This document shows, in pieces, positions 11,301-24,158 of a DNA stretch of 64,000 nucleotides. Position 1 is the stretch's first letter. Every line of letters starts with the position of its first letter. Both the position numbers and the translations under genes were made by a program. This DNA is from Azolla caroliniana (Eukaryota > Plantae > Polypodiophyta). The stretch is from assembly GCA_043228905.1 (NCBI GenBank), contig JBHGNT010000003.1, positions 2,170,001 through 2,234,000 on the forward strand, given 5' to 3'. The notes beneath the pieces were generated by a model, which did no database searches, had not been told where the DNA came from, and saw nothing but the letters and a program-made list of their open reading frames with translations.

Positions 11301-13519
11301 CAACAATCCCTGTTGCCCTAAAACTTAAGGTAAACAATTAAAGAAGCTGCTCAACACAAAATCAAGTATTGAGCTTCGTTTAAACTCATTTGAGATCTCG
11401 TTTCGCTTTTCTAATTTAATTTACGTTCCCGTTGTTTATGTTCTATTGATTTAGAATCCACATTTGTTTATGAAATTGTGGACAATAATGTATTGATGGT
11501 GAACATGGTTTTCATTGGTTTATAATCCACATTCGCTTATGAAATTGTGGACAATTATACATTGATGGTGAGCATGTTTTATTGGTTTATAATGAAGATT
11601 GATTTATAAAACTGTCTCGAAGATTGATTTATATACTGATGGTGAGCATGATTTATGATGAATCATCTTTGTTATTCATGTATTAATGGAAATAGATATG
11701 GTGGGAGTTAAATTAAGTAATTGTGGCAATGAAGGACTAAAGGATCTACCCATAACTTTTTGTATGAAGACTAATAATGTCTATCAATGATTGGAATATT
11801 ACAACGAATTTAGAACGAAAACATCATATTATAGTACAAGTACCAATCATGGCATATTCGCCTTGGTTACATATTGTGTAATTTTATGATTCTATATACC
11901 TAGGCATGAAATTGCCTCCATGGGAGCTCAGATGAAACAAATTTGTGCTTTTATCATTGATGATATGCACGTATTGTTGCAATTTGAATATACATCCATG
12001 TGTCTTCCTCTTTTTCAAAGATATATTATCCCTCTTTCTAAAGGGTACCTTATCTTTATGTGTGGTTTGTATTCATGAATAACTTGTTTTAGTTCATGTT
12101 GTTCCTCAATGAAATTCTCTCTTTCCTCTTTTTAAAAGATACTCTATCTCTCTTTCCAAAAGGCACTTTGTTTATATGTGTGGTTTGGATGCACTCTTCC
12201 AAAATGGTGCCTTTCTCTTTCTTTTTCCGATTTTCTGGTCATATGCATTATCTGAATATTTTCAACTTTACTCCGTAGTTTGTATGTGACATTAATTTGA
12301 AGAAGAAAAGTATATGAACCATAGATCTTACCCATCAAAATCTTAAGATCAATTCCTCTCTTGATAATTGCAGTAAGGCACTATGTGTGAAGATATTAAT
12401 AAGGAAACATTAGATATCCAACAACAACAAACATTCATAAATCACGGAATATCCAACAAGTTTAAAAAACCTAAATGCATTATAGTACATGATGTACTTC
12501 TTATGGAAAACATGATTTTTGTTTTAAAGTCATGTAGATATTCTAATTATTCAAAGAGAGTCAATGCAATTATACATACACGTAGATATAATGTATGTGT
12601 GAGGCCTCCATTGGCAAGAACATACATTCTCGTTTTCATTGGTAGAACATACATACAAATTATAAATATATGTGAATCTATTGTATTTGGTTCTTCCTCA
12701 TAGGCTTCCCTATGTATGTTGTCAACTTCCATTTCTTTAATATTTTGCCCCATAAATTTTCGTTCCTATTATATGACACCAATTGGTATGCCCCAAAATC
12801 ATGAGCAGACTTATAATTAAATAGAATGTGTGAATGGAGACCTCACACGAGAAACAAATGGTTTTATATTATTCATAACTCAAGATTTTACAACGTGTCC
12901 CAACATTAAGAAGCAACCAAAATGTGAGTTCGGACAAGTTGGGACAACTCCCAAATCCTTCATGTTGTTGTCATAGTGTAACAATCCTTTTCATGTTGTT
13001 GTCAGTGGTGACAGATAATATGAATGAATGAATAATGGTGTCTTTGACCGTTAGTATGACAAAGACTTTTCATCCAACTCACAAATGTTTCCTCATCCTC
13101 ATCATTGATGGTGATAGACCAAATGAACAAATTGAACGTATCTAAAATGAATGATTTGTAAACCAATTTGTTTATGGTCTAAAAAATGAATGATTTGTAA
13201 ACCAACGAACAAAGACTAAGACAACTCTTTCTTGCATGTATCAGCCATGAGTATCCATGTGATATGTGAACAAAGCCTAAAGAAAAGGCTATGTGTGGCT
13301 CTCAACAATACATACACACGTTATCTTTTTGGTGGACAAAACATGGAAATAAGAAATTTAAACTTTGCTAAACAAATGTCTCACATTTCCCACGAGACAA
13401 TTATGCTTTCTTTCAAGCTTTTTGTGTTAGTTTCTCCCTTATTGGTTTTGAACACCATTCGTTTCTTTTAGCTAATATTGCCAATATATTTTAGGAATTC
13501 GTAAATATACATTCTTAAG

Positions 13520-13988
13520 TCTAATTACTATGATTAATCCTAGAGAGCCACACACTAACAACAAACAACTTTGCCTCAACTTTACCATTTAAAACTTTAT
13601 CTCTAAAATCGATATCAAGCTCACCTAATCAAGTCTCGAATCCAGGCTGTATATGAATTAAAGAATGGCTCAGAACATGTGCTGAGGAACTTCCTTGCAC
13701 ATGCACAAACCTTTAGGTTAAGGAATTGACTTTGGTATGTACGCGATCATAGAGTTGATTTTAGTCAGATTATAGAGTTGATTTTAGTCAGATTATAGAG
13801 TTGATTTTGGTATGTTCGAAATCGAATAGAGTTATTGACTAAAACTCAAATAGAGTATTTGCTCCATGAGATGTCTGAAATCCTAGACTAATTAGCTAAA
13901 AATCCAATGGAGTATTTGCTTTCTATAATGGGAAATGGCATGATTCTTGGCTCCACACATATGCTCTTGCAGGGGATTCCACAAATTC

Positions 13989-14040
<52 letters not shown>

Positions 14041-14213
14041 TTATCATGGATAGGTAAATAGATAGAGTCTTGACTTTCTTAATCATCTGAGTGATGGAAC
14101 TCATAGAGATATATAAAAGGAGGAGTGCTACTAGAACTTATTCTACATAAAAACTATTAACTTAGTGCGATACAGAAGAAGAATAAAAAGAAGAAGAAGA
14201 AGAAGAAAAAGAG
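13520..14213 (+). promoter_or_regulatory. Conserved upstream module: 23-bp repeats, TTGACT (14070), TATAAAA (14112), GAA-rich leader
   Basis: The same module precedes the genes at 22021, 42323, 51407 and 63660 (TATA-like at 21931, 42225, 51295, 63557). Confidence 0.6.
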
Positions 14214-14249
14214 ATGGGTACGAATATCTGATTCAACATTCTAATTTCA

Positions 14250-15677
14250 ATGGATGAATCTGATCATGGAGCCCCCAACTTCACCAAGGATGAATGGAGA
14301 CACTACATGAAGGAGAAGATCAATCATGTTGAACCACCTGTGTGTATCGAAAGTTTGATGATTTTGAAGCCTCCCCAAGCATTATTGGAAGTGAAGCCAG
14401 AGGCATATTACCCTAAATTAGTGGCCATCGGTCCATTGTATCAAAATCTGGAGCCTTCCCCCGTTAATAATTATAAGGCACTATGTGTGAACAAATTCAT
14501 GGAAAGACATAGGATACCAATTGTGGAAGACCTCATACAATACCTCACATCTGATGAACTTAGCCGCATCTATGATCTCAACCTCCCCGAATCTGACTTT
14601 AAGTGGCTCCAACTTCTCGTCACTGTCGATACTATCTTCATTCATGAATTCTTGATGTTTTGGTCGATACCCAAGCCTTTGAAAATTGAGTGCAGCTATT
14701 TTGCCACTTTCTACTTTAATGACCATACACTCCGCATGCGACTATCGAGGGACTTGCTGTTGATAGGCAACCAAATTCCCATGTCATTTCTAAAGAAGGT
14801 TTCTTACAATCAAGACTTCTCATTGGATGTTCTGGAGATCACCGTGAGGGATTTTATTCTGAACCATAATCCATTCTTCCGTAGCAAAGATGTAAGGAGT
14901 AGATTTTCAGGATATCTTGAATCGGGAAAAATAAAATTGGTCGATTCTTGCGAGCATCTACTCGATTGCCTCTACTATTCATGCACTGCCGAAGCAGAGA
15001 AAGAATTTACAAGACAACCTGATTGTAAAGAATCAACAAGAATACTTGTCTATTCATATTTCTCTTATCTGGGCAAATTGCTGGGGTGCAAAAGGAGTGA
15101 GGAGGATCACAAGAAGGAATATGTTCGCCTCCCAACAGCATCGGAGCTCTGCAAAGCCGGAATCCGGTTCAATGCTTGTGAAGGTAACATATCGGTGATG
15201 AAGTATGATAAGACGAACGCTGAGATTCATCTTCCACGCCTTGTCGTGGATGACAGCACAGGGGATGTGTTGAGGAACCTCATTGCGCACGAAATAACGT
15301 CCCGAAAAGAAGACAAGTTCTCGATGTATGCGGTCATCATGGACATGCTCATCGACACACCACAGGATCTCCGGATCTTGACAAAGGCCAAAGTCATCGA
15401 GAACCACATGGGGAACGACGAGAGGTTTGTCGACATGTGGAACAACATGCGCATCAATGTGGCTTATAATGACAAATCCGAAACATGGGAGAAGATGATC
15501 CATGATATAGTGGCCCACCATTCATCCCGTAGGCGCCGCTGGTACGCCGAGTTTTATAAAAAGTTCTTCTCCCGGCCATGGTTAACGGCATCCTTCATCA
15601 CGGCGTTTCTGCTGCTCTCAGGTACAATATACCAGGCAGCCTATTCAGGCATAGGTTATTACAAACCCAAACATTAA
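14250..15677 (+). CDS. DUF247 protein (475 aa)
   Basis: Complete motif set and TM helix. An upstream in-frame ATG at 14214 is closed by TGA at 14229-14231. Confidence 0.88.
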   Translation: MDESDHGAPNFTKDEWRHYMKEKINHVEPPVCIESLMILKPPQALLEVKPEAYYPKLVAIGPLYQNLEPSPVNNYKALCVNKFMERHRIPIVEDLIQYLTSDELSRIYDLNLPESDFKWLQLLVTVDTIFIHEFLMFWSIPKPLKIECSYFATFYFNDHTLRMRLSRDLLLIGNQIPMSFLKKVSYNQDFSLDVLEITVRDFILNHNPFFRSKDVRSRFSGYLESGKIKLVDSCEHLLDCLYYSCTAEAEKEFTRQPDCKESTRILVYSYFSYLGKLLGCKRSEEDHKKEYVRLPTASELCKAGIRFNACEGNISVMKYDKTNAEIHLPRLVVDDSTGDVLRNLIAHEITSRKEDKFSMYAVIMDMLIDTPQDLRILTKAKVIENHMGNDERFVDMWNNMRINVAYNDKSETWEKMIHDIVAHHSSRRRRWYAEFYKKFFSRPWLTASFITAFLLLSGTIYQAAYSGIGYYKPKH

Positions 15678-16794
15678 CCTTACCTCAAACCCTAGGGAAA
15701 AAATAAAAAAGCTGACAACACAATCAAGTATTCAGCTTTGTTTATTCATTTGGTATTTGAGTTTGATTGATTTGATTCGATTATTTCTCATTATTTATGT
15801 ATTTATAATCCAGATTGGCTTCATATGAAATTGTGGAAGATTATATGTACTTATATGGTGAATCCTTTTCATGATTCATGTATTAATGGATTAATAGATA
15901 TTGTGGGAGTTAAATTTAAGTCATTGTCGCAATGAAGAATTGACCTAAAATGGGTGTATGAATTAAAGAGTGGCACAGAACCTCCTTGCACATGCATACA
16001 GCTTTACAATAAGGAGTGGACTTTGCTATGTAAGCTATCATAGAGTTGATTTTACCCACTGAGATGTCTGAAATCGTAGGAGTTGACTAAAAATCGCATG
16101 GAATATTTGCTTTCTATAATAGGAAATGGCATGATTCTTGCCTTCTATAATTGAAATTTCAGCTCAATTGCACAAAAAACGGATTATATGAAGTGCTACA
16201 AGTCAACCTCATGAGCTGCTCTGCCTGCATACATGTGTTTACATCTAATATTAATAATAGGATGAAGAAAGTAGTCCTAGATTAGCCAATGGTTTTGGTT
16301 AGCCAATATAATTTCCCAATGAGGATGCAACCTACACATAACCAAGTTTTGTTTCAAGTCTAATAATATCGTTCAATGATCGCAATAATACAATGACTTT
16401 AGAGACAAATCATCAGGTTATAGTACAAGTACCAATCGTAGCATATTCACCTTGGTTACTAACTTACATGTCGTGTAGTTTCATGATTCTATATACCTAG
16501 GCGTGAGATTGGCTCCATGCATGCATATAAGTCGGATGAAATACATTTGTGCTTTTATCATCGATGATATGCACATATTGATGCAATATGAATATATGCA
16601 CGTGGTTGTTTTCAATGAACTATATTAGACTATGCATCCTAATTTGGACTGTCCAATAGCTTTTTTTGGTTCGATGTTATTCCTCCATGGATCTCTCTCT
16701 TTCTCTGCTTAAGAGATACCTTATCTCTCTTTCTAAAAGGTACCTTCTCTTTATGTGTCCATTATATGCACTTTGTGAAATTTTTGTCTCTTCT

Positions 16795-16980
16795 ACGCAT
16801 CAAAATCTTGAGATCAATTTGTGTCTTTATGATTGCAGTAACTTAGGCAATATGTGTGAAGAAATTCATAAACAATCATTAGATATCTAATGTCTTGGGG
16901 GAGCTCATGAGACACTTCATTCATGACCCCCATAATCTTAACAACTATTACTCAAGCCTGCCCCCAATTATATAACATTG
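16795..16980 (+). pseudogene. Decayed DUF247 N-terminal fragment in the spacer
   Basis: catcaaaatcttgag...tgtgtgaagaaattcat...gacccccataatctt corresponds to YQNLE...LCVKKF...DPHxL. Copies at ~12335-12420 and ~45236-45400. Confidence 0.7.
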
Positions 16981-19015
16981 GGTGTAATATCTTCATTAAT
17001 TAAATTCTTGGGCTTTTGGCACTTTTTTCTCTTTTTGGGATCCCAACTTTGGGAAAATTCAAAAGGAATGCTTGGAATTCTTTTCTTTTCTTTTCAAAAA
17101 AACTATTCAAACATTAATGCCTTAAAATATACACATGTGGATTGATAAGTCCTTGATGGGCAATGATCATGTCATAGGAAAATGGCACAGAGAAAACAAA
17201 TGGGCCATGTGACATTAACATAAATAAGAACCTTATATTTTTAATCTAGCACGACATCATCATTGATTCATAATGCTTCAAAACTAATTTTTAATGTAGC
17301 TACTAATTATACAACATTATATATGATTCATTTGTAGCATGAAAAGCGGCGTTGAACATTTTAAATCTAGAGGCGACAATATGTTTGATTGATGCAAAAA
17401 ACTTAATTCTCTAATATGAATGTGAAGTTTTATAATTCAAGTGGCAAAAATAATTGACTATAGAAATGTGCAAATCAGCCTCCAATTTATAGAGTAGGCA
17501 CTTGTTTTGCTCACATCTATTAAGAGGATGAACAAAAGAATCTCAGTGGAAACCATGACTTTCCAGAGCGCCAACAATTCTGAGCCTACTTCTCTTCAAA
17601 GGATGCCAGTTTGTTACGCACTAAATACTTTTGTGAAGTCTCAAAAATCCATGGATGGTAACACCACAATGGTGACAACAACACAATTATTATAATGATC
17701 AAAACATCTCATAGTAGACCCACTGGACCATGACATATTTCTCTCTGTAGCATATCCACTAGTTTAGTTAGTATCTCTTGGTATGATGATAGTTGATTAG
17801 AATGAATTAATTCACACATGATTATTGTTGTTAATGTAATCAGTAGAATTTATGTGGGTTATATTCTCTGATAATCATGATGACTATTGCTTATGGGTAG
17901 TAGTGAATGCTGCAAGATTATGGACTTAGTGTGAATCGTTTGGTGATTGATGTATTAAAATGTTAAAACTCCTAAATATACATTCTTAACTCTAATGAAA
18001 TGTTAAGATCAAGGAATATCTAATTACTTGGAAAAACCTAAATGCATTATAGTACATGGTGTATTTCTTTTGGGAAACATGATAATTATTCTTGTTAATG
18101 TCATGCATATATTCTAATTAACCAAAGAGAGTCAATGAATATATATATATATAGATGTAGATATAATGTGCGTGTATCCAAATTAAGTGAATGCAATTTT
18201 ATATACATGTGGATATAATGTGTGTATCCAAATAGAGTGAATGCAATTATATATACATGTAATATAATGTATGCGTGAGCTCTCGCTCTCAACGAACATA
18301 CATTCTTGTTTCCATCGATAGAATATACACAGAGATTATGAGAACTCTTTCTTGTGTGTATCAATCATGAGAATGTATGTGACACGTGAACAAAGTTGAA
18401 AGAGGTTGCCTACACTATTTGTGCATCAATATTATTCCTTGTGCGTTAAATATGTAGTTTAAAGGAACCAACATAACAAAACTTAATGGAGATATTCATA
18501 TTCATAAAACTCAATGCATTCTCGTGTAAAGGAACCAACATAACAATGCTTCATGGAGATATTCTTAATCATAAATTAAAGTCAATGGAGATTTTATAAT
18601 CGTGCTCGCAAATGGGTGAGAATTGTCCAAGAGTATTTGGCCAAATGATAAAAAATCTTGGTCATTTCAACAAAAACTAAAAAGACACTGGGGTACTTCA
18701 AGGTGTTTGTCTCTTTTTGGTCACGTACACCACACACATGGGGTGCCCCACACCTCACATGCAAACGAATAACAAATTTGAAGACTTGTTCGAACAACAG
18801 CCCTAATAAAGACACATGAAACGTTCATGAATTATCTAACGTATCTAAGAATTATCTACTGGCTAAAGAAAACTCCATTCCAGGACTATTTTGTGCGAAG
18901 ATCTAACATATCTAAGAATTATCTACTAGCTAAAGAAAACTCAATTCCAACACTATTGTGCGAAGAAAGCCGCGAGTTTATGTAACAAGATCAGAAGAAA
19001 AAGAAGAAGAAGAAG

Positions 19016-20617
19016 ATGACTCCTAAAGCCCCCGATGGGAAACAAATGGCACAACATCTACATCCATATTATCCCATCCCCACCATCCATAACTTTCCTA
19101 TTGTGCAACTTCATCAAACCAACCTCAGCCCAGATGAATGGAAGGAGTACATGGAGAAAGAGATCGAGGTGGCTGAACACAAATCCAAGTTCGAAAAACA
19201 CAAAGTGATCGGGTTTGTCCCGCGTGCACTCTTCGAGGTGAAGCCACACTCATATTGCCCGCGGATCCTTACCATGGGTCCATTGTATCAAAACCTTGTC
19301 CCTTCCCCAATGGATAGATGCAAGGCCCTATGTGTGAAGAAATTCATGGAAAGACGTAAGATGTCGGATCTCGGAAGGCTCATGAATGAGCTCATACCCG
19401 AGCCCCGGGAACTTAGCGACATCTATTTCGGCCTCTTGAGTGACAAGTTCGAGTCTATGAGACTTCTGCTCACTGTTGATACCATCTTCATTCACGAATT
19501 CTTTCTGTTCTTGAGCGAGGATTACCCTCACTCCCAAGAGAAGAAGAGTGGCTACTTGTACACTTTCATCAACAATGAAATTACAAAGTCCCAAATATGG
19601 AGGGACTTGCTGCTGATAGGCAACCAGATTCCCATGTCATTCCTAAAGAAAATTATAAATATCCCAAAGGAATTACCTGACATCATAGAGATAGATCTCC
19701 TGAAATGCTTGGAATATTTTGTTTCGGTAAACGATCCATTCCGCATGAGCAGCTTTAAAGAATGGGAGGATAGTAAAACAGAAAGGAAGCAAGGAGACCA
19801 CAATCTTCTTAACTCTGAGCATCTACTGGATTGCCTATATGTTTCGTGCACACAAAAATCTCCCGAACAATCTAAGGAGCCGCAAGAATCTACGAATCGA
19901 AGGAGATGCTTGAAACTCGCGGACATTCAACTAGAGGGATGGAGAAAGAGCAAGATGTACATTGACTGCCTCCCCAAGACAACTGAACACTCTAAATGTG
20001 GCACCCGTTCCGGTTGGGGATGCAAAAGGAGCAACAATCACGGTGGCCGCCTCCAGCCAGCATCTGAGCTCATTAAAGCCGGCATCCGATTCAAGGCTTC
20101 CGAAGGTAACACATCAGTGATCAAGTACCACAAGAGCAAAAGCCGGCTCGATCTTCCACGGCTTGTTGTGTATGACGGCACGGAGGATATATTGAGGAAC
20201 CTCATTGCACATGAACAAACCTCCAAAGATGTAGGTAACACCCCCAAAGAAGGATGTGAGGTTTCTGGATATGCGATCATCATGGACTCACTCATCGACA
20301 CACAAGAAGATATCGCCATCTTGACTCGCGCCAAAGTATTAGAGAACCACCTGGGGAGCGACGAGAGGCTAGTCCAGATGTGGAACGACATGTGCATCAA
20401 CATCTCGGAGGCATCGTATGAAAGAATTTGGGGAAGCATGATGAAAGATATAATGGAACACTATAGGATCCATTGGCGTCTCGTGTATGTGGAGTTTCGT
20501 GCAAAGTTTTTCTCTCGGCCATGGTTATGGATATCAGGATTTGCTGCCACCATACTTCTCCTCCTCACATTGTTGCAGACAATCTATACATTGTTAGGTT
20601 TTTATGGAAAAACTTAA
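19016..20617 (+). CDS. DUF247 protein (533 aa), MTPKA subtype
   Basis: Complete motif set and TM helix. Close paralog of the 47914 and 55836 genes. Confidence 0.93.
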   Translation: MTPKAPDGKQMAQHLHPYYPIPTIHNFPIVQLHQTNLSPDEWKEYMEKEIEVAEHKSKFEKHKVIGFVPRALFEVKPHSYCPRILTMGPLYQNLVPSPMDRCKALCVKKFMERRKMSDLGRLMNELIPEPRELSDIYFGLLSDKFESMRLLLTVDTIFIHEFFLFLSEDYPHSQEKKSGYLYTFINNEITKSQIWRDLLLIGNQIPMSFLKKIINIPKELPDIIEIDLLKCLEYFVSVNDPFRMSSFKEWEDSKTERKQGDHNLLNSEHLLDCLYVSCTQKSPEQSKEPQESTNRRRCLKLADIQLEGWRKSKMYIDCLPKTTEHSKCGTRSGWGCKRSNNHGGRLQPASELIKAGIRFKASEGNTSVIKYHKSKSRLDLPRLVVYDGTEDILRNLIAHEQTSKDVGNTPKEGCEVSGYAIIMDSLIDTQEDIAILTRAKVLENHLGSDERLVQMWNDMCINISEASYERIWGSMMKDIMEHYRIHWRLVYVEFRAKFFSRPWLWISGFAATILLLLTLLQTIYTLLGFYGKT

Positions 20618-22020
20618 TCCTAATCCGAATCCCTTGTTCCAATGGAGAAGTTCATTGTGCAATATTGTGTGGTATTTTCCTCTTATATTAGAATTATTTA
20701 ATTTATATTTATTGTATTATTATTACTATTATTTTTTCATTTTCGATGATTGGGTACAGATCCCGTTTTCTTTTCTTGTAACTAAATTTGAACCAAATGT
20801 AGTCTTAGAAGATGTTAATATTATAGTATATCTTTCTTTCTTAGATTTATGTTTGTCTCATAGCATATGTCATTTGATTATCAAATTGCTGTTGTGTTTA
20901 ATTCATCATCACATTGCTATTCTTAATGATCAATCATTCATTACCAATGAGTCTAAAAGACATTGTCACGCGACTAATCTTTTCTATAGCCATGACATCA
21001 TATTGGCATTCAATAACATCACAACTTTAGGGAAAATTAGATTAGATACTTCATCTAAAAATTATAACCTAGATCGAGTAAAGAAAACCCATATCATTAA
21101 ATGTCATAATACCACTCATTGTATTGAATCGTGGGTGCGATGGTTGTTAATTAGACCTTACTAGTGTTTGCTGTGTGAGAAAGGATTACCCGAACACCAA
21201 ATGTCCCCTAAGCGTCTATTATTTTTGAACTTATTTGCTCTCAAACAAATCGCAGCATGTCAATAATTAAGTGAACTTGTCCCCTTTTTTGCTGAGATTG
21301 TTCATGTTAATATGAGACCAAATTTTAATCCGATTCCAAATATATATTGTGCAAATTATGTGATCAATATTTGTGTTCTGCGAATGTGTTCTGACTGTTG
21401 TGTTTACTATGATTAATCCACAGAGAGTGACACACTAAGAACAAACAACTTTGCCTCAACTTTACCATTTAAAACATTATCTCTAAAATCTTGATCAAGC
21501 TCGCCTAATTAAGTCTCGAATCCAGGCTGTATGAATTAAAGAATGGCAAAGAACATGTGCCGAGGAACCGTCTTGCACATGCACAAACCTTTATGATAAG
21601 GAGTTGACTTTAAGCGATCATAGAGTTGATTTTAGTGAGATTATAGAGTTGATTTTGGTATATTTGAAATCATATTAGAGTAATTGATTAAAGATCGAAT
21701 AGAATATCTGCTCCACCAGATGTGTTGAAATCGTATAGTGGACTAAAAATCGAATTAGAGTATTTGCTTTCTATAATAGAAAATGGCATAATTATTCATG
21801 GCTCCACACATATGCTGTGGCAGGGGATTCCACACATTCTCATTCTTATCTCTAGGTCTCTCTTTTTCTCTCTCCTTATCATAGAATCTTGACTTTCTTA
21901 ATCATCTAAGGGAAGGAAGTCATAGAGATGTATAAAAAGAGGAGTTCTACTAGAACTTATTCCACAAAAAAACTGTCAAGTTAGTGCCCTACAGAAGAAG
22001 TAGTAGTAGTTGTTTAAGAG

Positions 22021-23534
22021 ATGGGTGAGATTATGAACAAGGAAATCAGGCTTACAATCCGCCAACATGAACCCATCGCTCCTCAATCCAACTCCACTGC
22101 AGATGGTGATGGCTGGAGAGCACAAATGCTAAAAAAGATCAAGAATACTGTCGATAATCCTAAATCAGAAACATCCGAGCCCCAAAGCTCGAAGGGAAAT
22201 GTGAAGATTTCGATTCCTCCCGATGCATTCTTGAAAAACAAACAAAGACCATATTGCCCTGTAGTTCTGATAATCGAACCATTGTATGCGGATCTTGGGA
22301 CCAAATCCGGCTTCGATGATCGCAAGGCACTATGTGTGAAGAAGTACATGGAAAGACATGGGAAATCAGATGTGGAACACCTCATACAATACCTCATTCC
22401 GGAACCTTATAATCTTGAAAAAGATTATTCAAGCTCCCCAGGCAAAACATATACCGATGAGTCGCTAAAACTTCTGCTCACTGTCGATACGATCTTTGTT
22501 CATGAATTCTTGCTCTCCTTTAGCCCTCCATGTACGAATTCCCACGAAAAGGAACTCGACCATCTTCTCTATTTATTCCACAGCAAACTTATGGGCCACC
22601 ATGAACCTACTATGCCCCACTACTTATCCACTTCCTTCAACAATGGAGCTGAATGGAACCAAGTTTGGAGGGACTTGTTCTTGATAGGTAACCAAATTCC
22701 TATGTCATACCTGCAGAAACTGATAGGCATCCAAACATAGCTACCCATGTCAAATTGAAAAATCTCCAGAGAGTGTTAGTAGATACTGTTGTGAGAAATT
22801 GTCCATTCCCCAAGGGCCATAGTGATTGGCCCAAGCATTTTCGGAATCCAAATTTATTCAACTGCAATCATCTACTTGATTGCCAATATGTTTTGGTCAC
22901 ACATGAAATACATGAGCATAGGAGATCCCCGCAATTTCAAGATCATTGGTCGACAAATCAAGGGGCTGGCATACTAACATCTAATCATCGTGATCGCCTA
23001 CCAACAGCGTCTCAACTCTCGAAAGTAGGCATCCGATTCAAGGCATGTGATGGTAATGTATCGGTCATCAAGTATCATCCGATGACACTTCACCTCGATC
23101 TTCCACGGATTGTCGTGTACAAAGGCACGGAGGATGTGCTGAGGAACCTCCTTGCCTATGAACAAACCTCCAAAGATGGAGGTGAGTTTACTAAGTATTC
23201 TATTATCATGGACTCCCTCATTGACACACCAGAGGATGTAGCCATCTTGACAAAGGTAGGGGTGATAGTGAACCACCTCGGGGATGATGTCGAGTTGGTC
23301 AACTTGTGGAACGAGTTGTACGACACCGACATTGTCATTAAATCATGTGAAAGATGGGATAAGATGACAAGTGATGTACTAGAACACTATCGTAGCCCTT
23401 GGCGTCCCATGTATGTGGAATTTCATGAAAAGTTTTTCTCTCGCCCATGGTTGACGGTATCGGTCACTACCGCGATCCTACTCGTCGTCTTGACATTATT
23501 GCAGACTATCTACACGGTCTTAGCCTATTACTAG
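22021..23534 (+). pseudogene. DUF247 pseudogene, frameshifted by a 43-bp deletion at ~22727
   Basis: Split ORFs 22021-22740 and 22755-23534. The paralog at 52104-52146 has 43 extra bases at this point. Confidence 0.88.
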
Positions 23535-23800
23535 TGGAATCTCTAAATCAACACTAGAGCACATGAGGAAGCTCAAACACAATCGTTCTTTCCTTTGTTC
23601 ATTTTTGGGATCTCATTTGATTCTATCAATATATTTATAGGTCTATTCAATTTACAATCCATATGAACTTTTATCATTGTGTAAGATTGTTCTAAGCATT
23701 TAGAATCCATATGAACTTTTATCATTGTGGAAGATTTTTCTAAGCATTTATCTGCTTAGAAATAAGAACATGGTCAAACATGGCATTGTATTTATGATGT

Positions 23801-24158
23801 CTTGATTGGTGCTTAATGCATGATTGAGTAATTATATGTTATAAGGATTGCTAATGGGTTTTAAGTGACCCTTGTAATAAATAATATTAACTTGATTGGT
23901 GTTCAACGCATGCTTGAGTAACTATGTGTTACAAGGATTGTTAACGGGATTTAAGTGACACTTGTAATAAATAATATTAACTTGATTGGTGTTCAATGCA
24001 TGCTTGAGTAATTATCTGTTACGAGGATTGTTAATGGGTTTTAAGTGGCACTTGTAATAAATAATATTAAATTGATTGGTGCTTAATGCATGCTTGAGTA
24101 ATTATTTGTTACAAGGATTGTTGATGGGTTTTAAGAGGCACTTGTAAGAATATTAACT
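23801..24158. repeat. 90-bp tandem repeat x4
   Basis: (c/a)ttgattggtg recurs at 23801, 23891, 23981 and 24071. Confidence 0.92.

Noticed and set aside
20604-21164. 186-aa hydrophobic ORF after the 19016 gene
   Set aside because: AT-rich 3' UTR/spacer sequence, not kept open in the paralogous regions after 49494 and 57476.
22727-22755. Intron explanation for the split ORFs at 22740/22755 and 31830
   Set aside because: Paralog alignment shows missing coding bases, not extra GT-AG sequence.
23801-24158. Possible CRISPR-like array
   Set aside because: Whole units repeat with no unique spacers, there are no cas genes, and the context is eukaryotic.
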